Positions 1 through 13,408 of a stretch of 64,000 nucleotides of DNA are shown piece after piece. The DNA lies in NCBI GenBank assembly GCA_041946735.1, contig JBHGAY010000001.1, positions 128,001 to 192,000 of the forward strand, in the 5' to 3' direction. Within the stretch, counting starts at the first letter, position 1. Each line of letters begins with the position of its first letter. The notes under the pieces are model-generated. The model was not told the DNA's origin. It saw nothing but the letters and a program-made list of their open reading frames with translations, and ran no database searches. Source of the DNA: Candidatus Eiseniibacteriota bacterium. GTDB taxonomy: Bacteria; Eisenbacteria; RBG-16-71-46; CAIMUX01; VGJL01. Position numbers and translations under genes: made by a program.

Positions 1-38
1 GCCGCAGGAGCCACCTCGGGCTTAGCGGCGCGGCGGCC

Positions 39-2642
<2,604 letters not shown>

Positions 2643-2695
2643 CGTCGTCCCTCCGCGCCGCCGGGCGGAGGGAGGCGGTCCCTTCCGGCAGCCGT

Positions 2696-5600
2696 CTATC
2701 GTACGTGGGCCAGCTTCTCGATTTTCTCGAGGCGGCCCTCCGGTCCTTCCACGCTCAGCTTGTAATAGTAAAGCCCATTGGCGACCCGGTCGCCGTCCTC
2801 GTCCCGGCCGTCCCAGTAGACCGGGGGATCGCTCAACCCCTGTCGAACGGGAAGGCCGCGAAGCGTTCGGATGAGCTTGCCGCTCGTCGTATAGATCCGG
2901 ATCGACGCGGAGTGCATCGAGGCGCCGAGGTTGTAGAAGAACCAGGTCTCTTTCTCGAAGGGATTGGGCACGTTGTACAACGCCTCGATCGCGAACGCCC
3001 GATCGGTCTGGATCGTGATCGGCGTCGCCGGGAACTGCGCCCATTCCCCCTCGGGTTGCCGCACGCGCAACGCGAGGGTTCGCGGACTGCCGTTGGCGAT
3101 CGGACCGGACGCGACGAGCGTCCAGTGCCGCGCCTGTCCATCGACCGGCTCGGCGGGGATCGACTCGACCGGGAAGGCGACGCCGTCCAGGAGCATCTCG
3201 ATCGAGGCGGCGTCGAGCGTGCGAGGGGCGTCGACCACGACGCGGATCGAGTCCTCGTCGAGAACCCGCTCCCCGCCCGCGATCGAGACCCACTCCTGTC
3301 CGGGCCGGCGGATCTGGAAGGTCGCGTCGAGACGGACGGGGAACTCGAGGACCGACTCCCGGCCCGTTCCGTCCTCCGCGCGGATCACGACGGAGTAGTT
3401 CCTCGGCAGGACGGTGGTGCGGTAGCGGGCCACGAACCCGCGGTCGCCGACCGTCGTGTCGGGCACGACGACGATCCGGTCGGGCGGCACGGCGCCACCG
3501 GCGTCCTCGATCGTCAGCGAGCGCGCCCAGACCTCGTCGCGCACCGCCATCTCGAAGTCGACCGAGTCGCTGCCGGCGGGAAGGACGAGCGGAGTGCCGC
3601 TCGTGATCGGCGCGCCGTCGAGCGTGACGGCGACGCGCGGCGGCGCCGCGTCGAGGATCATCCCGGGGTCGCCGAGCATCACGTAGGTCATGCACATGCT
3701 CTGGTAGTCGGTCCCCGGCCGCGAGAGAAGGTTCGCCTTGCTCTGCGTGAACACCTCCCCCAGGACCCAGCGCGTGTGCCCGTCGGATTGCGGCGGATTG
3801 CGGAAGAAGGCGTCGGCCATCGTCGTCGCCGCCGCCTGCGTCGTGCTGATCCATTCGTAGCCGGTCGAGGCGATCGAGGCGATCGATCCCCCGGTCGGCG
3901 TGTAGAACATCATGTTCTCGCCGACGCAGTCCCCCTTGCCGAATCGCTTCTCGTCGGCGCCGGAGAACTCGTCGAGATGGCAGCCGTACCCGATGTAGAC
4001 GAAAGGACGGCCGCTGTTCCCGAGCAGGCCGATGTCGAGGAAGCTCGTCCCGTCGTTGTGCCGCAGAATGTACTCGTGCGACATCAGGCGCGCGTTCGCA
4101 TGCCCCGCATAGGTCATCAGCAGGTAGCCGCGGCTCGCGGCGGCGGCGAGGAGCGGGCGGACGACGCGGATGCCGTAGTCCCGGTTGTCCTGCTCGTTGG
4201 TCGGCTGCCCGTTCAGGATCACGCGCCCGGAGATCGGGTCCCGCATGCATCGTCCCGTGTTCTCGTCGATCACGCAGCGGCCGAGGCTCGGGACGGAGTC
4301 CATGTAGGTGTAGACGTAGAAGGAGTCGACGCCGAAGTCCGGGGCCGCGCCGTACTCCCGGAGAATCCGGCGGGTCGCCCGGGCGGAAGAGAGGAACGCG
4401 CTCTCGTAGTCGCGGAAGCGGTAGTCCTCGGAGAAGCTGATGCTCGAAGAGTACTGGTCGTCGCTCACGAGCAGCATCCGGTTGCGCCACACCTGATCGG
4501 GCGCGAAGGACGCGTAGGCGAGGAGCCGGTTCTCGATCGTCTGAAGCTGTTGCAGGCTGCCGGCCGGGAGGCGGCCGACGTGCATGTCGGGCAGGAAGTC
4601 GAGGTCCTCCCCGGTGCCGGTCAGGTTGTCGACGAACCACATGTCGGACGCGACCAGCTCGGGCCCCTGCGCGCCGTCGTAGGAGCTGGAGAAGACCGTC
4701 TGCGTGGGCACCCAGTTGCGGTCCGCCAAGACGAGGGGATTGTCGAACGCGTCGCTCGCGTCACCGACCAGCAGCAGATAGGACGGCCCCGCGCCGCCGC
4801 CGCGCCGGAACATCGCGCGCAGCATCGAGCGGATCGCGTGCGGCCAGTGGTGGCCTCCGGCGAACTGGTCGTAGACGTCCTCGATCGCCGCGGCGAGCAC
4901 GTGGTGCCCCTCCGAGGTGCGCAGGTCGATCAGCGGCTGGAGCGCTTCGAGCCACTCGCGCGGCGCGATCATCACGTAGTCCTCGCCGCCGCCGGCGAGC
5001 AGGTCGACCGGCTGCGCGAGCGCGAGCGTCTCCGGCTTGGGAACGAGAGCGGCTTCGCCCAGCGAGAAGCGGCGCGCGTTGCCGTCCAGCTCCCACTGGA
5101 GGCGCAGCTTCGGGGGACCGCCCTGCACCTGGGTCGGGTCGATCGCCAACGCGCGGGGGTGCAGCGGATCGGTGTACTCGATGCCGACCGGATCGGCCGG
5201 CGGACCGATCAGCCGCCACTCCTCGGCGCCGGTCAGGTCGGCGGTGTCGATGTCGATCCGCCCGTCGACGAACTTCGGCGCCCGGTCGTACTCGACCTCG
5301 AACCAGTCGAGCGCCGCCCCGTAGAGCGTCTCGTCCTGCAGGTGGACGAAGGCGTTGTTTCGCTCGCGCAGCGGGAGGCCGGCCAGGTCGTCCGCCGTGA
5401 AGTCGATCCGCTTCGTCCCCTGGAAGTCGATCGTGTCCGGGTTTCCGGGCAGCGCGACGCGCGGGCCGTCGCCCTGCAGGAACAGCGACACTCGGTGCTC
5501 CCAGCCGCCCGGCGGCTTCCGTGTTCCCTGCATCTGCACCGACATCGCGCGAGCCGAGACGAAGCCGGGAAGATCGAACGGCACGCTGTAGACGTTCGCT

Positions 5601-6976
5601 TCCTCGCCCCCCTGGTTCGTGTACGGATCGCCGCCGAGCCAGTAGGCGTGCTTCGAGCGGACCGCCGCCACGCCGCGTCCGATCTGTCCCTCGAGGTCGA
5701 TCGAGTTGCTCGACCCGGCTCCCATCTTGCCGTAGACCTCCGCCTCCTTCTCGAAATGCTCGCGCCAGGGAGAGGAGACGACAGGGTTCAGATCCTCGCG
5801 GCCGAGCCACGTCGATGCGGACTCCATGCGGGCGTTGTCGCCCCCCGGACGGAGCGCAAGCCAGTAGACGTGGCGGCGCCCGTAGCGCTTGAGATGCCAG
5901 GGGGCCTCCGGATAACGGTCGTAAAGGATCTGGGCGTAGAAGAACAGCTCGTCCCCCGCGCTCCAGGTGCCCGAGCCGTCGTTGTCGCGCAGGAGAACGG
6001 GGATCTCGGTTTCCTGCGCGAGCGGGTCGCTCGCGTCATCGCTGTCGTAGAGGACGTCGTAGAGCCGGAGGTCGGCGAGCGGAGCGCCGGCGCCGCTCCA
6101 TCCCAGCGGGGCGACGTCGTCGTAGGCGATCCGGCGCAGCCCGCTCGACATCACCTCGATCTTGACCTCGTCGCCTTCGGCGCCGGGACGGCGCGCGGCG
6201 GGCGCGACCGCACGGGGCGCTCTCGCCCAGGCCCGCGCCTCGCGCGCGTTGACGAGGAGCGCGTCGTAGGTCCGTTCCCAGGAGGGATCGTCCGCGCTCA
6301 CGGGGACCAAAGACGCCCCGCGCGCCCCGCTGCGCGGAGCCGGGCCGGGGACGAAGGAGACGTGCACGCGGACGCGTCGCGCGACCCGCAGGACGCCGCC
6401 CGAGGGATCCCATCGGGCCGGAAAGATCGTGACCGGCACGGCGCGCAGGTAGCGCATCCCCGCCTCGCGCCCGGCGACGGCTGTGGCGGGCGGGAAGGGC
6501 GAGCGGTACGCCTCCTCCGACTCCTCGAGGGATTGGGAGTAGACCGCCTCCCCCGTCGGCCCTGTGTCCCAGCGAGGCGTCGGGACCGGCATCGGGCGGA
6601 TGCCGTCCCACTCGTCCTCCTCGAGCGGCTGGGCGTCGACCTGCACGCTCGCTCCAGGAGGCACGCCGACCCAGAAGCTGAGCGCCGGAAGCGCCGGGAC
6701 GCCGTATTCCGCGGCGGGGACGCCACCGTCGATCCGGATCTCGTGGTATCCGGGGTGGTCCGGGTCGGCGAGGACCGAAGCGGGCGGAATCTCCATCTCC
6801 GCCTCGAGCCCCCGTTCACTGGAAGAGAGGATCTGGATGCCGGGGGCGGCCCGGCAGACGCCGGCGAACAGGGTGAGGATAGCGAACAGAACGGCCAGTC
6901 GAACCGAAACGCGGCCAACGCCTCTCAGCGTTGCGCCTCTCTCTCCACCGTCTCCCGGCACGCGAAGCATCCGCAT
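2696..6976 (-). CDS. C25 family (gingipain/PorU-like) cysteine peptidase with propeptide and C-terminal FlgD-Ig/T9SS-like domain
   Basis: Signal-like segment ([17 protein letters not shown]); C25 propeptide-like GVPALP; C25 motifs [28 protein letters not shown] (His), YGCH (Cys), YVMLGDP; tail YNVPNPF...[12 protein letters not shown]...[20 protein letters not shown]. Exact start uncertain (may be slightly downstream). Confidence 0.88.
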   Translation of the reverse strand: MRMLRVPGDGGERGATLRGVGRVSVRLAVLFAILTLFAGVCRAAPGIQILSSSERGLEAEMEIPPASVLADPDHPGYHEIRIDGGVPAAEYGVPALPALSFWVGVPPGASVQVDAQPLEEDEWDGIRPMPVPTPRWDTGPTGEAVYSQSLEESEEAYRSPFPPATAVAGREAGMRYLRAVPVTIFPARWDPSGGVLRVARRVRVHVSFVPGPAPRSGARGASLVPVSADDPSWERTYDALLVNAREARAWARAPRAVAPAARRPGAEGDEVKIEVMSSGLRRIAYDDVAPLGWSGAGAPLADLRLYDVLYDSDDASDPLAQETEIPVLLRDNDGSGTWSAGDELFFYAQILYDRYPEAPWHLKRYGRRHVYWLALRPGGDNARMESASTWLGREDLNPVVSSPWREHFEKEAEVYGKMGAGSSNSIDLEGQIGRGVAAVRSKHAYWLGGDPYTNQGGEEANVYSVPFDLPGFVSARAMSVQMQGTRKPPGGWEHRVSLFLQGDGPRVALPGNPDTIDFQGTKRIDFTADDLAGLPLRERNNAFVHLQDETLYGAALDWFEVEYDRAPKFVDGRIDIDTADLTGAEEWRLIGPPADPVGIEYTDPLHPRALAIDPTQVQGGPPKLRLQWELDGNARRFSLGEAALVPKPETLALAQPVDLLAGGGEDYVMIAPREWLEALQPLIDLRTSEGHHVLAAAIEDVYDQFAGGHHWPHAIRSMLRAMFRRGGGAGPSYLLLVGDASDAFDNPLVLADRNWVPTQTVFSSSYDGAQGPELVASDMWFVDNLTGTGEDLDFLPDMHVGRLPAGSLQQLQTIENRLLAYASFAPDQVWRNRMLLVSDDQYSSSISFSEDYRFRDYESAFLSSARATRRILREYGAAPDFGVDSFYVYTYMDSVPSLGRCVIDENTGRCMRDPISGRVILNGQPTNEQDNRDYGIRVVRPLLAAAASRGYLLMTYAGHANARLMSHEYILRHNDGTSFLDIGLLGNSGRPFVYIGYGCHLDEFSGADEKRFGKGDCVGENMMFYTPTGGSIASIASTGYEWISTTQAAATTMADAFFRNPPQSDGHTRWVLGEVFTQSKANLLSRPGTDYQSMCMTYVMLGDPGMILDAAPPRVAVTLDGAPITSGTPLVLPAGSDSVDFEMAVRDEVWARSLTIEDAGGAVPPDRIVVVPDTTVGDRGFVARYRTTVLPRNYSVVIRAEDGTGRESVLEFPVRLDATFQIRRPGQEWVSIAGGERVLDEDSIRVVVDAPRTLDAASIEMLLDGVAFPVESIPAEPVDGQARHWTLVASGPIANGSPRTLALRVRQPEGEWAQFPATPITIQTDRAFAIEALYNVPNPFEKETWFFYNLGASMHSASIRIYTTSGKLIRTLRGLPVRQGLSDPPVYWDGRDEDGDRVANGLYYYKLSVEGPEGRLEKIEKLAHVR

Positions 6977-7254
6977 TGCCTCCGCAGATAGTCCCAGGGA
7001 TAGATCCCGGTACTATGCCCATCGCCCCACACGATCTGGATCGCGTACCGCCCGACCGGCGTGATCCGCACGATCCGGTTCGATTGCTCCGAGTTCCCGC
7101 CATGGGAGCGGAGCCGTCCTTCCTGATGCTCGGGACCGCGGCAATCGGCGCAGGGACAGCTGCGCCTCAGTTCCTCGAACGCGTAGCGGGTCTGATGTCC
7201 GTCGGGCCAGTCGATCAACAATCCGTCGTCCATGACTGCGATCTTCGGGTCCAT
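6925..7254 (-). CDS. DUF971 / gamma-butyrobetaine hydroxylase N-terminal-like protein
   Basis: LIDWPDGH...LRRSCPCADC...VGRYAIQIVWGDGHSTGIYPWDYLR; ATG 7254 with AAGGAG SD. Confidence 0.9.
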   Translation of the reverse strand: MDPKIAVMDDGLLIDWPDGHQTRYAFEELRRSCPCADCRGPEHQEGRLRSHGGNSEQSNRIVRITPVGRYAIQIVWGDGHSTGIYPWDYLRRQCGCFACRETVEREAQR

Positions 7255-7298
7255 CGATACGCTCCTTCGGTTCGTGATGGTCCCCCCGCCCATGCCGA

Positions 7299-7328
7299 AT
7301 GATCGCATCCCCGCCGGAAGGGGGTCAA
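7299..7328 (-). promoter_or_regulatory. possible sigma70-type promoter for DUF971-C25-clpB
   Basis: Minus strand TTGACC-18 nt-GATCAT, with TG one base before the -10; weak -10 match. Confidence 0.3.
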
Positions 7329-7392
7329 CGACGGCGCCCGGGCGGAGCGGCGCCCCGAGCTTCTCCGTGGTCGCAGTCAGTCCCCGCAGCGA

Positions 7393-9426
7393 TCACGATC
7401 CCTCGACCCTGCCCCTCGCGAGAAAGACTTTGCTGTCGAACGGCATCGAGTGGATCGCCTGCCGGTCGACCCACACCTCCGCCGTGGCCTGGGAGGCCAG
7501 GATCGAATCCACCTCCCTGCGCTCGCGCTCCTCGAGGATCGACCGCAGCAGCTCCCCTCGGGCGTCCTCGAACGTGCGCGCGTGGGCCGGAGAGATCTCG
7601 TCGACACGCGCGACCGTGAACCCGCCTCGATCCGCGACCGGCTCGCTGACCTCGCCGGCTTTCAGCGAGAAGACGACCGGGTCGTAGACGGACTGGCGGC
7701 GAGGCACCAGGCCATACCCGCTATCGGGGGTGACGCTGATCGTCAGGCCGGGACCGCGCAGCTCCTGGGCGATCTCCACCGGGCCCCGCCCCTCGCGCAG
7801 GGCGGCCGCCGCCTTCGCGGCCAGGTCGGTCGTCGGGAGATTGATCATCACGTAGCGCCGGCGCTCCGGCAGCGAGTGCAGGCTCGGGGTTCGGGCCCAG
7901 AGGGAAAGCAGCTCCTCCTCGGTCGGAGTGATCTTCGGGAGGATTCGCTCCCGCCGGTAGGCGCGCCACTGCACCCAGCGCCGGAAGTTGAGAAGCTGTC
8001 GCACCACCTCGGGCCGCTTGTCGATTCCGCGGTGGAAGGCCTCCCGGACCTGCACCCGGTAATACATCGCCTCGTCGCATAGATCGATCACGTTCTGCCG
8101 GTCCTGGAAGAGGGGCCAGACCAGCGTCGGCTTGAACACCAGCTGGTCGATCACCCCGAGAGCCGTCAACGTGTCGCCGTCGATCCAGGCGACCGGGCGG
8201 GCCGCCTCCTCTCCCTGCAGGGGCGCCTCCGACCAGAAGGGCCCCTCGTGCGGATCGCCGAGCCGGACCTCGGACTTGTCGAGCTTCGGGTCATAGGTGC
8301 GCCGGGCGCTCGCCGTCTCGCGCTCGAGGAAGGCTCGCAACCACTCGGCCGCCTCATCGTCCCATCCGAAGCCGTACCGGGCCATCAGATCGTCATGCAT
8401 CTCGCGCCCCACGCGGCCGAGCTCCAGCATCGCCAGGGAGCGGAGGATCGTGTCGCGCGACTCCTCGAAGGCCGGGACCGTTTCGACGGGCCGCTCGCCG
8501 AGGATCTTGTAGAGGACGTGGAAGTTGGGCTCGGGGAGCACCGGGGAGACAGCGCCGGACGGCAGATTCCAGAGGGCGCGCTGATGGGACAGCGGGAGCT
8601 TCGTCGCAGGAACCCAGCCGAGATCGCCGCCCATGCCCGCGGTTCGCAGGTCCTTCGAGAAGCGGCGCGCCACGGCGCCGAACTGCGCGCCGTTCGCGAG
8701 CGCCGTCTGAACCGAATCGATGTCGACGAGCGTCGGCACCTTGATCACGGCGAGGTGAAGCTCGCGCCCCAGGCGCTCGTGGATCTCGCGCAGCGTCGCG
8801 TCGTCGGTCGGCATGTAGTCGAGCAGCAGCTCCTCGCGAAGCGTGGATTGCAGGAGCATGTCGCGATTCATCTCGATCGAGTAGCGGTCGCCGCCGCTGA
8901 AGACCGAGGTGTCGGGGAGGATCGCGGCGTGAAGGCGGATCGTGCGTAGGTAGCCCCGCAGGAAGCGTTCCACGCTCGCCGAGTCGGGCTGCAGCGTGGA
9001 GGTGTCGGCCTTCGCCTCGTAGTGGAAGTCCCGGGAGAACTCGTCGAGCGTGACCCCGATCGGGCCGACGCGAATGACGACCGGGCTGTCCGGGGATTCC
9101 CCCGGCTTGCCTGCCTGCGCGGCCGCCTGCGCAGCGAGGAACGGCAGCGAAAGCGACAGCGGTAACGGCAGCGGGAGAAGCGGCACGAGGAGCGCCAGCG
9201 ACAGGAGCAGCGGCAGCGGCGGCCGCAGCGGCGGCGCGGCGAGAGTCGAGCGGCGGAAGCGCCGAGCCGCGGCCCGGCCTGCATTGCGGGCTTCCGGGGG
9301 CTCTGTTAGAGTGCGGTCCTGATGTCCGTCCCCGGGAATCGCCAGACTCGGAGAGCAGGCGGCCGGGGACAGGAGGGACCCGGGCGGACACGGAGTATGG
9401 ATGCCGCGATCGGATAGTCTTTCCAT
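7393..9426 (-). CDS. exported peptidylprolyl isomerase (PpiC/parvulin, SurA/PpiD-like foldase)
   Basis: Two rotamase-like domains (FGAVARRFSKD..TAGMGGDLGWV...VSPVL; VVFSLKAGEVSEPV) and a hydrophobic N-terminal segment. True start probably downstream of 9426, since the ORF overlaps the divergent gene. Confidence 0.8.
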   Translation of the reverse strand: MERLSDRGIHTPCPPGSLLSPAACSPSLAIPGDGHQDRTLTEPPEARNAGRAAARRFRRSTLAAPPLRPPLPLLLSLALLVPLLPLPLPLSLSLPFLAAQAAAQAGKPGESPDSPVVIRVGPIGVTLDEFSRDFHYEAKADTSTLQPDSASVERFLRGYLRTIRLHAAILPDTSVFSGGDRYSIEMNRDMLLQSTLREELLLDYMPTDDATLREIHERLGRELHLAVIKVPTLVDIDSVQTALANGAQFGAVARRFSKDLRTAGMGGDLGWVPATKLPLSHQRALWNLPSGAVSPVLPEPNFHVLYKILGERPVETVPAFEESRDTILRSLAMLELGRVGREMHDDLMARYGFGWDDEAAEWLRAFLERETASARRTYDPKLDKSEVRLGDPHEGPFWSEAPLQGEEAARPVAWIDGDTLTALGVIDQLVFKPTLVWPLFQDRQNVIDLCDEAMYYRVQVREAFHRGIDKRPEVVRQLLNFRRWVQWRAYRRERILPKITPTEEELLSLWARTPSLHSLPERRRYVMINLPTTDLAAKAAAALREGRGPVEIAQELRGPGLTISVTPDSGYGLVPRRQSVYDPVVFSLKAGEVSEPVADRGGFTVARVDEISPAHARTFEDARGELLRSILEERERREVDSILASQATAEVWVDRQAIHSMPFDSKVFLARGRVEGS

Positions 9427-10156
9427 CTTCTTCCCTGCCTACAACGACTGGGGCACCATCGCGAGTATGGTGGTCCTTGCCCACAGGGTCGCCGCCCGGC
9501 TGACGGACGACTTCGAGGTCCTCGTCGTAAACGACGCGAGCCCCGACCACCTCTCGGAGATCCTAGACGAACTGGCGCCCCGCTTTCCCCGCCTGCGCGT
9601 CGTCACGCACGAGACGAACCGGGGCTACGGCGGCGCCCTCCGCAGCGGGTTCGCCGCATGCTCCAAGACGTTCCTCTTCTACACGGACGGCGATGCCCAG
9701 TACGACGTGCGGGAGTTGGAGAAGCTCTGGGAGCAGCGCGACGCGGCCGATCTGGTCAACGGCTACAAGATCCGGCGCTCCGACCCCTGGTACCGTGCCG
9801 TCATCGGGCGACTGTACCACCATTTCGTGCGTTTCTGGTTCCGGATCCCGATCCGGGACGTCGACTGCGACTTCCGGCTGATCCGCACGGAGGCGCTACG
9901 GGGCGTCCCGCTGACGCAGGACAGCGGCCTGATTTGCGTCGAGCTGCTGACGAAGTGCACCCGTGCGGGCTTTCGGATCCGGGAGGTGCCGGTTCACCAT
10001 TATCATCGGATGCACGGGAAGAGCCAGTTCTTCAACTTCGCGCGTGTCGCCAAGGTGTTCGCCGGCATGGCGGGGCTCTGGTGGTCGATCTTCGTGAAGA
10101 GGAGCAAGCAGCCGGCCGCCGGCGCGGCCGGACGGAAGGAGGCGGGGGGTGGCTGA
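9401..10156 (+). CDS. GT2 glycosyltransferase (polyprenol-phosphate glycosyltransferase, DPM1/ArnC-like)
   Basis: SIFFPAYND, VVNDASPD, NRGYGGALRSG, YTDGDAQY, DVDCDFRL. Confidence 0.92.
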   Translation: MPRSDSLSIFFPAYNDWGTIASMVVLAHRVAARLTDDFEVLVVNDASPDHLSEILDELAPRFPRLRVVTHETNRGYGGALRSGFAACSKTFLFYTDGDAQYDVRELEKLWEQRDAADLVNGYKIRRSDPWYRAVIGRLYHHFVRFWFRIPIRDVDCDFRLIRTEALRGVPLTQDSGLICVELLTKCTRAGFRIREVPVHHYHRMHGKSQFFNFARVAKVFAGMAGLWWSIFVKRSKQPAAGAAGRKEAGGG

Positions 10157-11189
10157 GCGGCCGGGCGCCAAGGGGCCGGTGGCGGAGGGGATCACCGGCT
10201 ACGAAGGGCGCGACGTCCTCGTGACCGGCGGGCTCGGCTTCCTCGGATCGAACCTGTGCCGCGCGTTGGTCGAGCTTGGCGCGCGCGTCACGGTCGTCGA
10301 CTCCCTGCTTCCCGAGTACGGCGGGAACCTCTGGAACGTGCACGGGATCGAGGACCGGATCCAGGTGAACATCGCCGACGTGCGCGACGTCCACTCGATG
10401 CGCTATCTCGTGCGCGGCCGCGAGGTGATCCTGAATCTCGCCGGCCAGGTGAGCCACATCGACAGCATGCGCGATCCGTATACCGACCTCGAGATCAACT
10501 GCCGCAGCCAGCTCTCGCTGCTCGAGGCGTGCCGCGAGAGCAACCGGGACGCAAAGATCGTCTATGCCGGAACGCGGCAGCAGTACGGCCGGCCGCGCTA
10601 CCTCCCGGTCGACGAGAACCACCTCGTGCAGCCGACCGACGTCAACGGAATCAACAAGACGGCCGGCGAGTGGTACCACATCCTCTACGCGAACGTCTAT
10701 GGAATGCGGACGACGAGCCTGCGATTGACCAACTGCTACGGTCCGGGGATGCTGCTGAAGCACGGCCGGCAGGGGTTCATCCCCTGGTTCGTGCGGAAGG
10801 TCCTCTTCGGCGAGGAGATCGAGATCTTCGGCACCGGGGAGCAACGACGCGACATGACCTACGTCGACGACGTGGTTCGGGCGTTCCTGCTCGCGGGGGC
10901 GACCGAGGAGACGAACGGAGAGGTGTACAACCTCGGCGGCCTCGACGTCGTGAGCCTGAAGGAGTTCGTCGAGATCCTGATCGAGGTCGCCGGATCGGGA
11001 AGCTACCGGATCGTCCCGTTCCCGGAGGAGGGAAAGAAGATCGACATCGGCGACTACTACGGCGCGTACGACAAGATCCGGTCCGCCGTCGGATGGCAGC
11101 CGCGGGTCGGCCTGCGGGAAGGCCTCGCCGCCACCCTCGACTACTACCGGCGCCACCTTCGCCACTACGTGCCGGAGACCGCCTCGTGA
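10149..11189 (+). CDS. NAD-dependent nucleotide-sugar epimerase/dehydratase
   Basis: VLVTGGLGFLGSNL Rossmann motif, NLAGQVSH, LRLTNCYGP, RDMTYVDD; overlaps the GT2 stop. Confidence 0.92.
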   Translation: MAERPGAKGPVAEGITGYEGRDVLVTGGLGFLGSNLCRALVELGARVTVVDSLLPEYGGNLWNVHGIEDRIQVNIADVRDVHSMRYLVRGREVILNLAGQVSHIDSMRDPYTDLEINCRSQLSLLEACRESNRDAKIVYAGTRQQYGRPRYLPVDENHLVQPTDVNGINKTAGEWYHILYANVYGMRTTSLRLTNCYGPGMLLKHGRQGFIPWFVRKVLFGEEIEIFGTGEQRRDMTYVDDVVRAFLLAGATEETNGEVYNLGGLDVVSLKEFVEILIEVAGSGSYRIVPFPEEGKKIDIGDYYGAYDKIRSAVGWQPRVGLREGLAATLDYYRRHLRHYVPETAS

Positions 11190-12307
11190 GCGGCGCCGAC
11201 CGCGTCCCTATCTGCGATTTGACAGCGCAGTACGCGACGATCCGCGAGGAGGTCGACGCGGCGATCGCGCGGGTCGTCTCGCGCGGATGGTTCATCCTCG
11301 GCTCGGAGCTGCAGGCGTTCGAGGAGGCGTTCGCCTCCTTCTGCGGCGCGCGGTTCGCGATCGGCGTCGGCTCGGGGACGGAGGCGCTCCACCTTGCGTT
11401 GATCGCGACCGGCGCCGGCCCGGGCAAGGAGGTCGTCACCGTCGCGAACACGGCGGTTCCGACCCTGTCGGCGATCTCGTTCACCGGCGCGCGCCCCGTC
11501 CTCTGTGACGTCGAGCCGCGCACGGCGACGCTCGATCCCGGCCGGCTCGGACCGCTGCTGAGCGAGCGAACCGCGGCGGTCGTCCCGGTGCATCTCTACG
11601 GGCAGTGCGCCGACATCGACGCGATCCGCGCTCTCTGCGATCCGCTCGGCATCCCGGTCGTCGAAGACGCCGCCCAGGCGCACGGGGCGCTCTACCACGG
11701 GCGGCGCGCCGGGACGCTCGGCCGCGCCGCGGCCTTCAGCTTCTACCCGTCGAAGAATCTCGGAGCCTACGGCGACGCCGGGCTGATCACGACCGACGAC
11801 GAGGAACTGGCGGGCCGGCTCCGCCAGCTCCGCAACTACGGCGAGCGCGACCGCTATCATCACGACGTGGTCGGCTTCAACTCGAGGATGGACGAGATCC
11901 AGGCGGCGATCCTCCGGGCGAAGCTCCCCCATCTCGAGGGCTGGAACGCCGAACGGAGGCGGCTGCACGGCCGCTACGTGCGCGCGCTGGAGGGGCTCCC
12001 GATCGGCTGGAACGAGGAGACGGAGGGGCGCGAGCACATGCGTCACCTCTCGGTCGCGATCGTCGACCGGCGGGACGAGTTCCGGGCGCATCTGGCGGAG
12101 CGCGGGATCCAGACGCAGATCCACTACCCGGTGCCGATCCACGAGCAGCTCGCCTACCGCAGCCTCGGCTACCGGGCGGGAGACTTTCCGGTCAGCGAGT
12201 CGCTCGCGTCGCGGATCGTCAGCCTCCCGCTCTATCCGGAGATGGGCGAGGCGTCGCAGGACCGCGTCATCGAGGAGATCCGGAGATGGTTGCAGCGGAC
12301 CGCCTGA
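11186..12307 (+). CDS. DegT/DnrJ/EryC1/StrS family PLP-dependent sugar aminotransferase
   Basis: GTG overlapping the previous TGA; VVPVHLYGQ, VEDAAQAHG, SFYPSKNLGAYGDAG, GFNSRMDEIQAA. Confidence 0.95.
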   Translation: MSGADRVPICDLTAQYATIREEVDAAIARVVSRGWFILGSELQAFEEAFASFCGARFAIGVGSGTEALHLALIATGAGPGKEVVTVANTAVPTLSAISFTGARPVLCDVEPRTATLDPGRLGPLLSERTAAVVPVHLYGQCADIDAIRALCDPLGIPVVEDAAQAHGALYHGRRAGTLGRAAAFSFYPSKNLGAYGDAGLITTDDEELAGRLRQLRNYGERDRYHHDVVGFNSRMDEIQAAILRAKLPHLEGWNAERRRLHGRYVRALEGLPIGWNEETEGREHMRHLSVAIVDRRDEFRAHLAERGIQTQIHYPVPIHEQLAYRSLGYRAGDFPVSESLASRIVSLPLYPEMGEASQDRVIEEIRRWLQRTA

Positions 12308-12663
12308 CCGCGCTCGCTCTCGTCGTCGGGGCCGTCTGCCTCACCGTGACGGGCGAGACCTTCCTGAAGAGCGGGATGAACCGCGTCGGGACGGTGGAGA
12401 TGGGCGCCCTGTCCGCGGCCGCGTCGCGCGCCGCCCGCGTCCCGCAGCTCTGGATCGGCTTCGGCTTCATCGGCGCCGGCGCGATCCTCTGGCTGGCGGC
12501 GCTCTCGCGCGCCCCGCTCTCCTGGGCCTATCCGATCCTTTCGCTCGGCTACGTGCTCGTTCTCTTCTCCGCGCGCTTCATCCTCCACGAGCCGGTGAGC
12601 TGGCAGCGGTGGGCCGGCACCCTCGTGATCGTCGGCGGCCTCTGGCTCGTCTTCCGAAGCTGA
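12286..12663 (+). CDS. EamA/SMR-type small membrane transporter (ArnE/ArnF-like flippase)
   Basis: 125 aa with four hydrophobic segments; WLAALSRAPLSWAYPILSLGYV...LHEPVS; C-terminal part of ORF 11605..12663. Confidence 0.85.
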   Translation: MVAADRLTALALVVGAVCLTVTGETFLKSGMNRVGTVEMGALSAAASRAARVPQLWIGFGFIGAGAILWLAALSRAPLSWAYPILSLGYVLVLFSARFILHEPVSWQRWAGTLVIVGGLWLVFRS

Positions 12664-12675
12664 GGCTTGCGCTCG

Positions 12676-13404
12676 ATGGAGCCCGAGGAGTACGAGCGGA
12701 CCTCCCTCGCCGAGGAGTCGCACTTCTGGTTCGACGAGATGCGCTCCATCTGGATGGGGCTGCTCGAGTGGACGGGGGAAGCGCCGCGCATCCGCCTCGC
12801 GCTCGACGCGGGATGCGGTACGGGCGGCAACCTCTGTCGCCTCGGGCGGGACCGCGCAGCCGTCGGCATCGACCTGAGCCCCCTCGCCCTCGCCTTCGCC
12901 CGCCGAAAGTGTGCCTCGCCGCTCGCGCGCGGCACGATCCTCTCCCTGCCGTTTCGCTCGGGATGCTTCGACCTCGTCCTCTGCTCCGACGTCCTGTACC
13001 ACCGCGCGGTGCCCGACGACACGGCGGCGCTCTCAGAGATGCGGCGCGTCTTGCGCGCGGGCGGCCTCCTGATCGTCAACGTCCCGGCATTCGACCGGCT
13101 CCGCTCGGCGCACGACCGGGCGATGCACACCGTGCGGCGCTACTCGAAGGACGTCCTGGCCGAGCGGCTGCTGCACGCGGGCCTCGAGCCGCTCCGCATC
13201 GTCTACTGGAACGGGCTGCTGCTGCCGCCCGTCGCCGTCGTGCGGCGGCTGCGGCGCGGGGCGCACGGGTCGGAGATCAGTCCGCTGCCGCCCGCGGTGA
13301 ACCGGATCTTCGGCGCCGTCGCGAAGCTCGATCGCGCCGCCGCGATGCGCGGGATGCTCCCCGCCGGCCTCTCCCTCGCGGCCGTCGCGCGCAGGGTCGG
13401 CTGA
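12676..13404 (+). CDS. class I SAM-dependent methyltransferase
   Basis: LDAGCGTG, DLVLCSDVLYH, VNVPAF...HD...RRY; type commonly found in glycosylation loci. Confidence 0.9.
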   Translation: MEPEEYERTSLAEESHFWFDEMRSIWMGLLEWTGEAPRIRLALDAGCGTGGNLCRLGRDRAAVGIDLSPLALAFARRKCASPLARGTILSLPFRSGCFDLVLCSDVLYHRAVPDDTAALSEMRRVLRAGGLLIVNVPAFDRLRSAHDRAMHTVRRYSKDVLAERLLHAGLEPLRIVYWNGLLLPPVAVVRRLRRGAHGSEISPLPPAVNRIFGAVAKLDRAAAMRGMLPAGLSLAAVARRVG

Positions 13405-13408
13405 GGCG

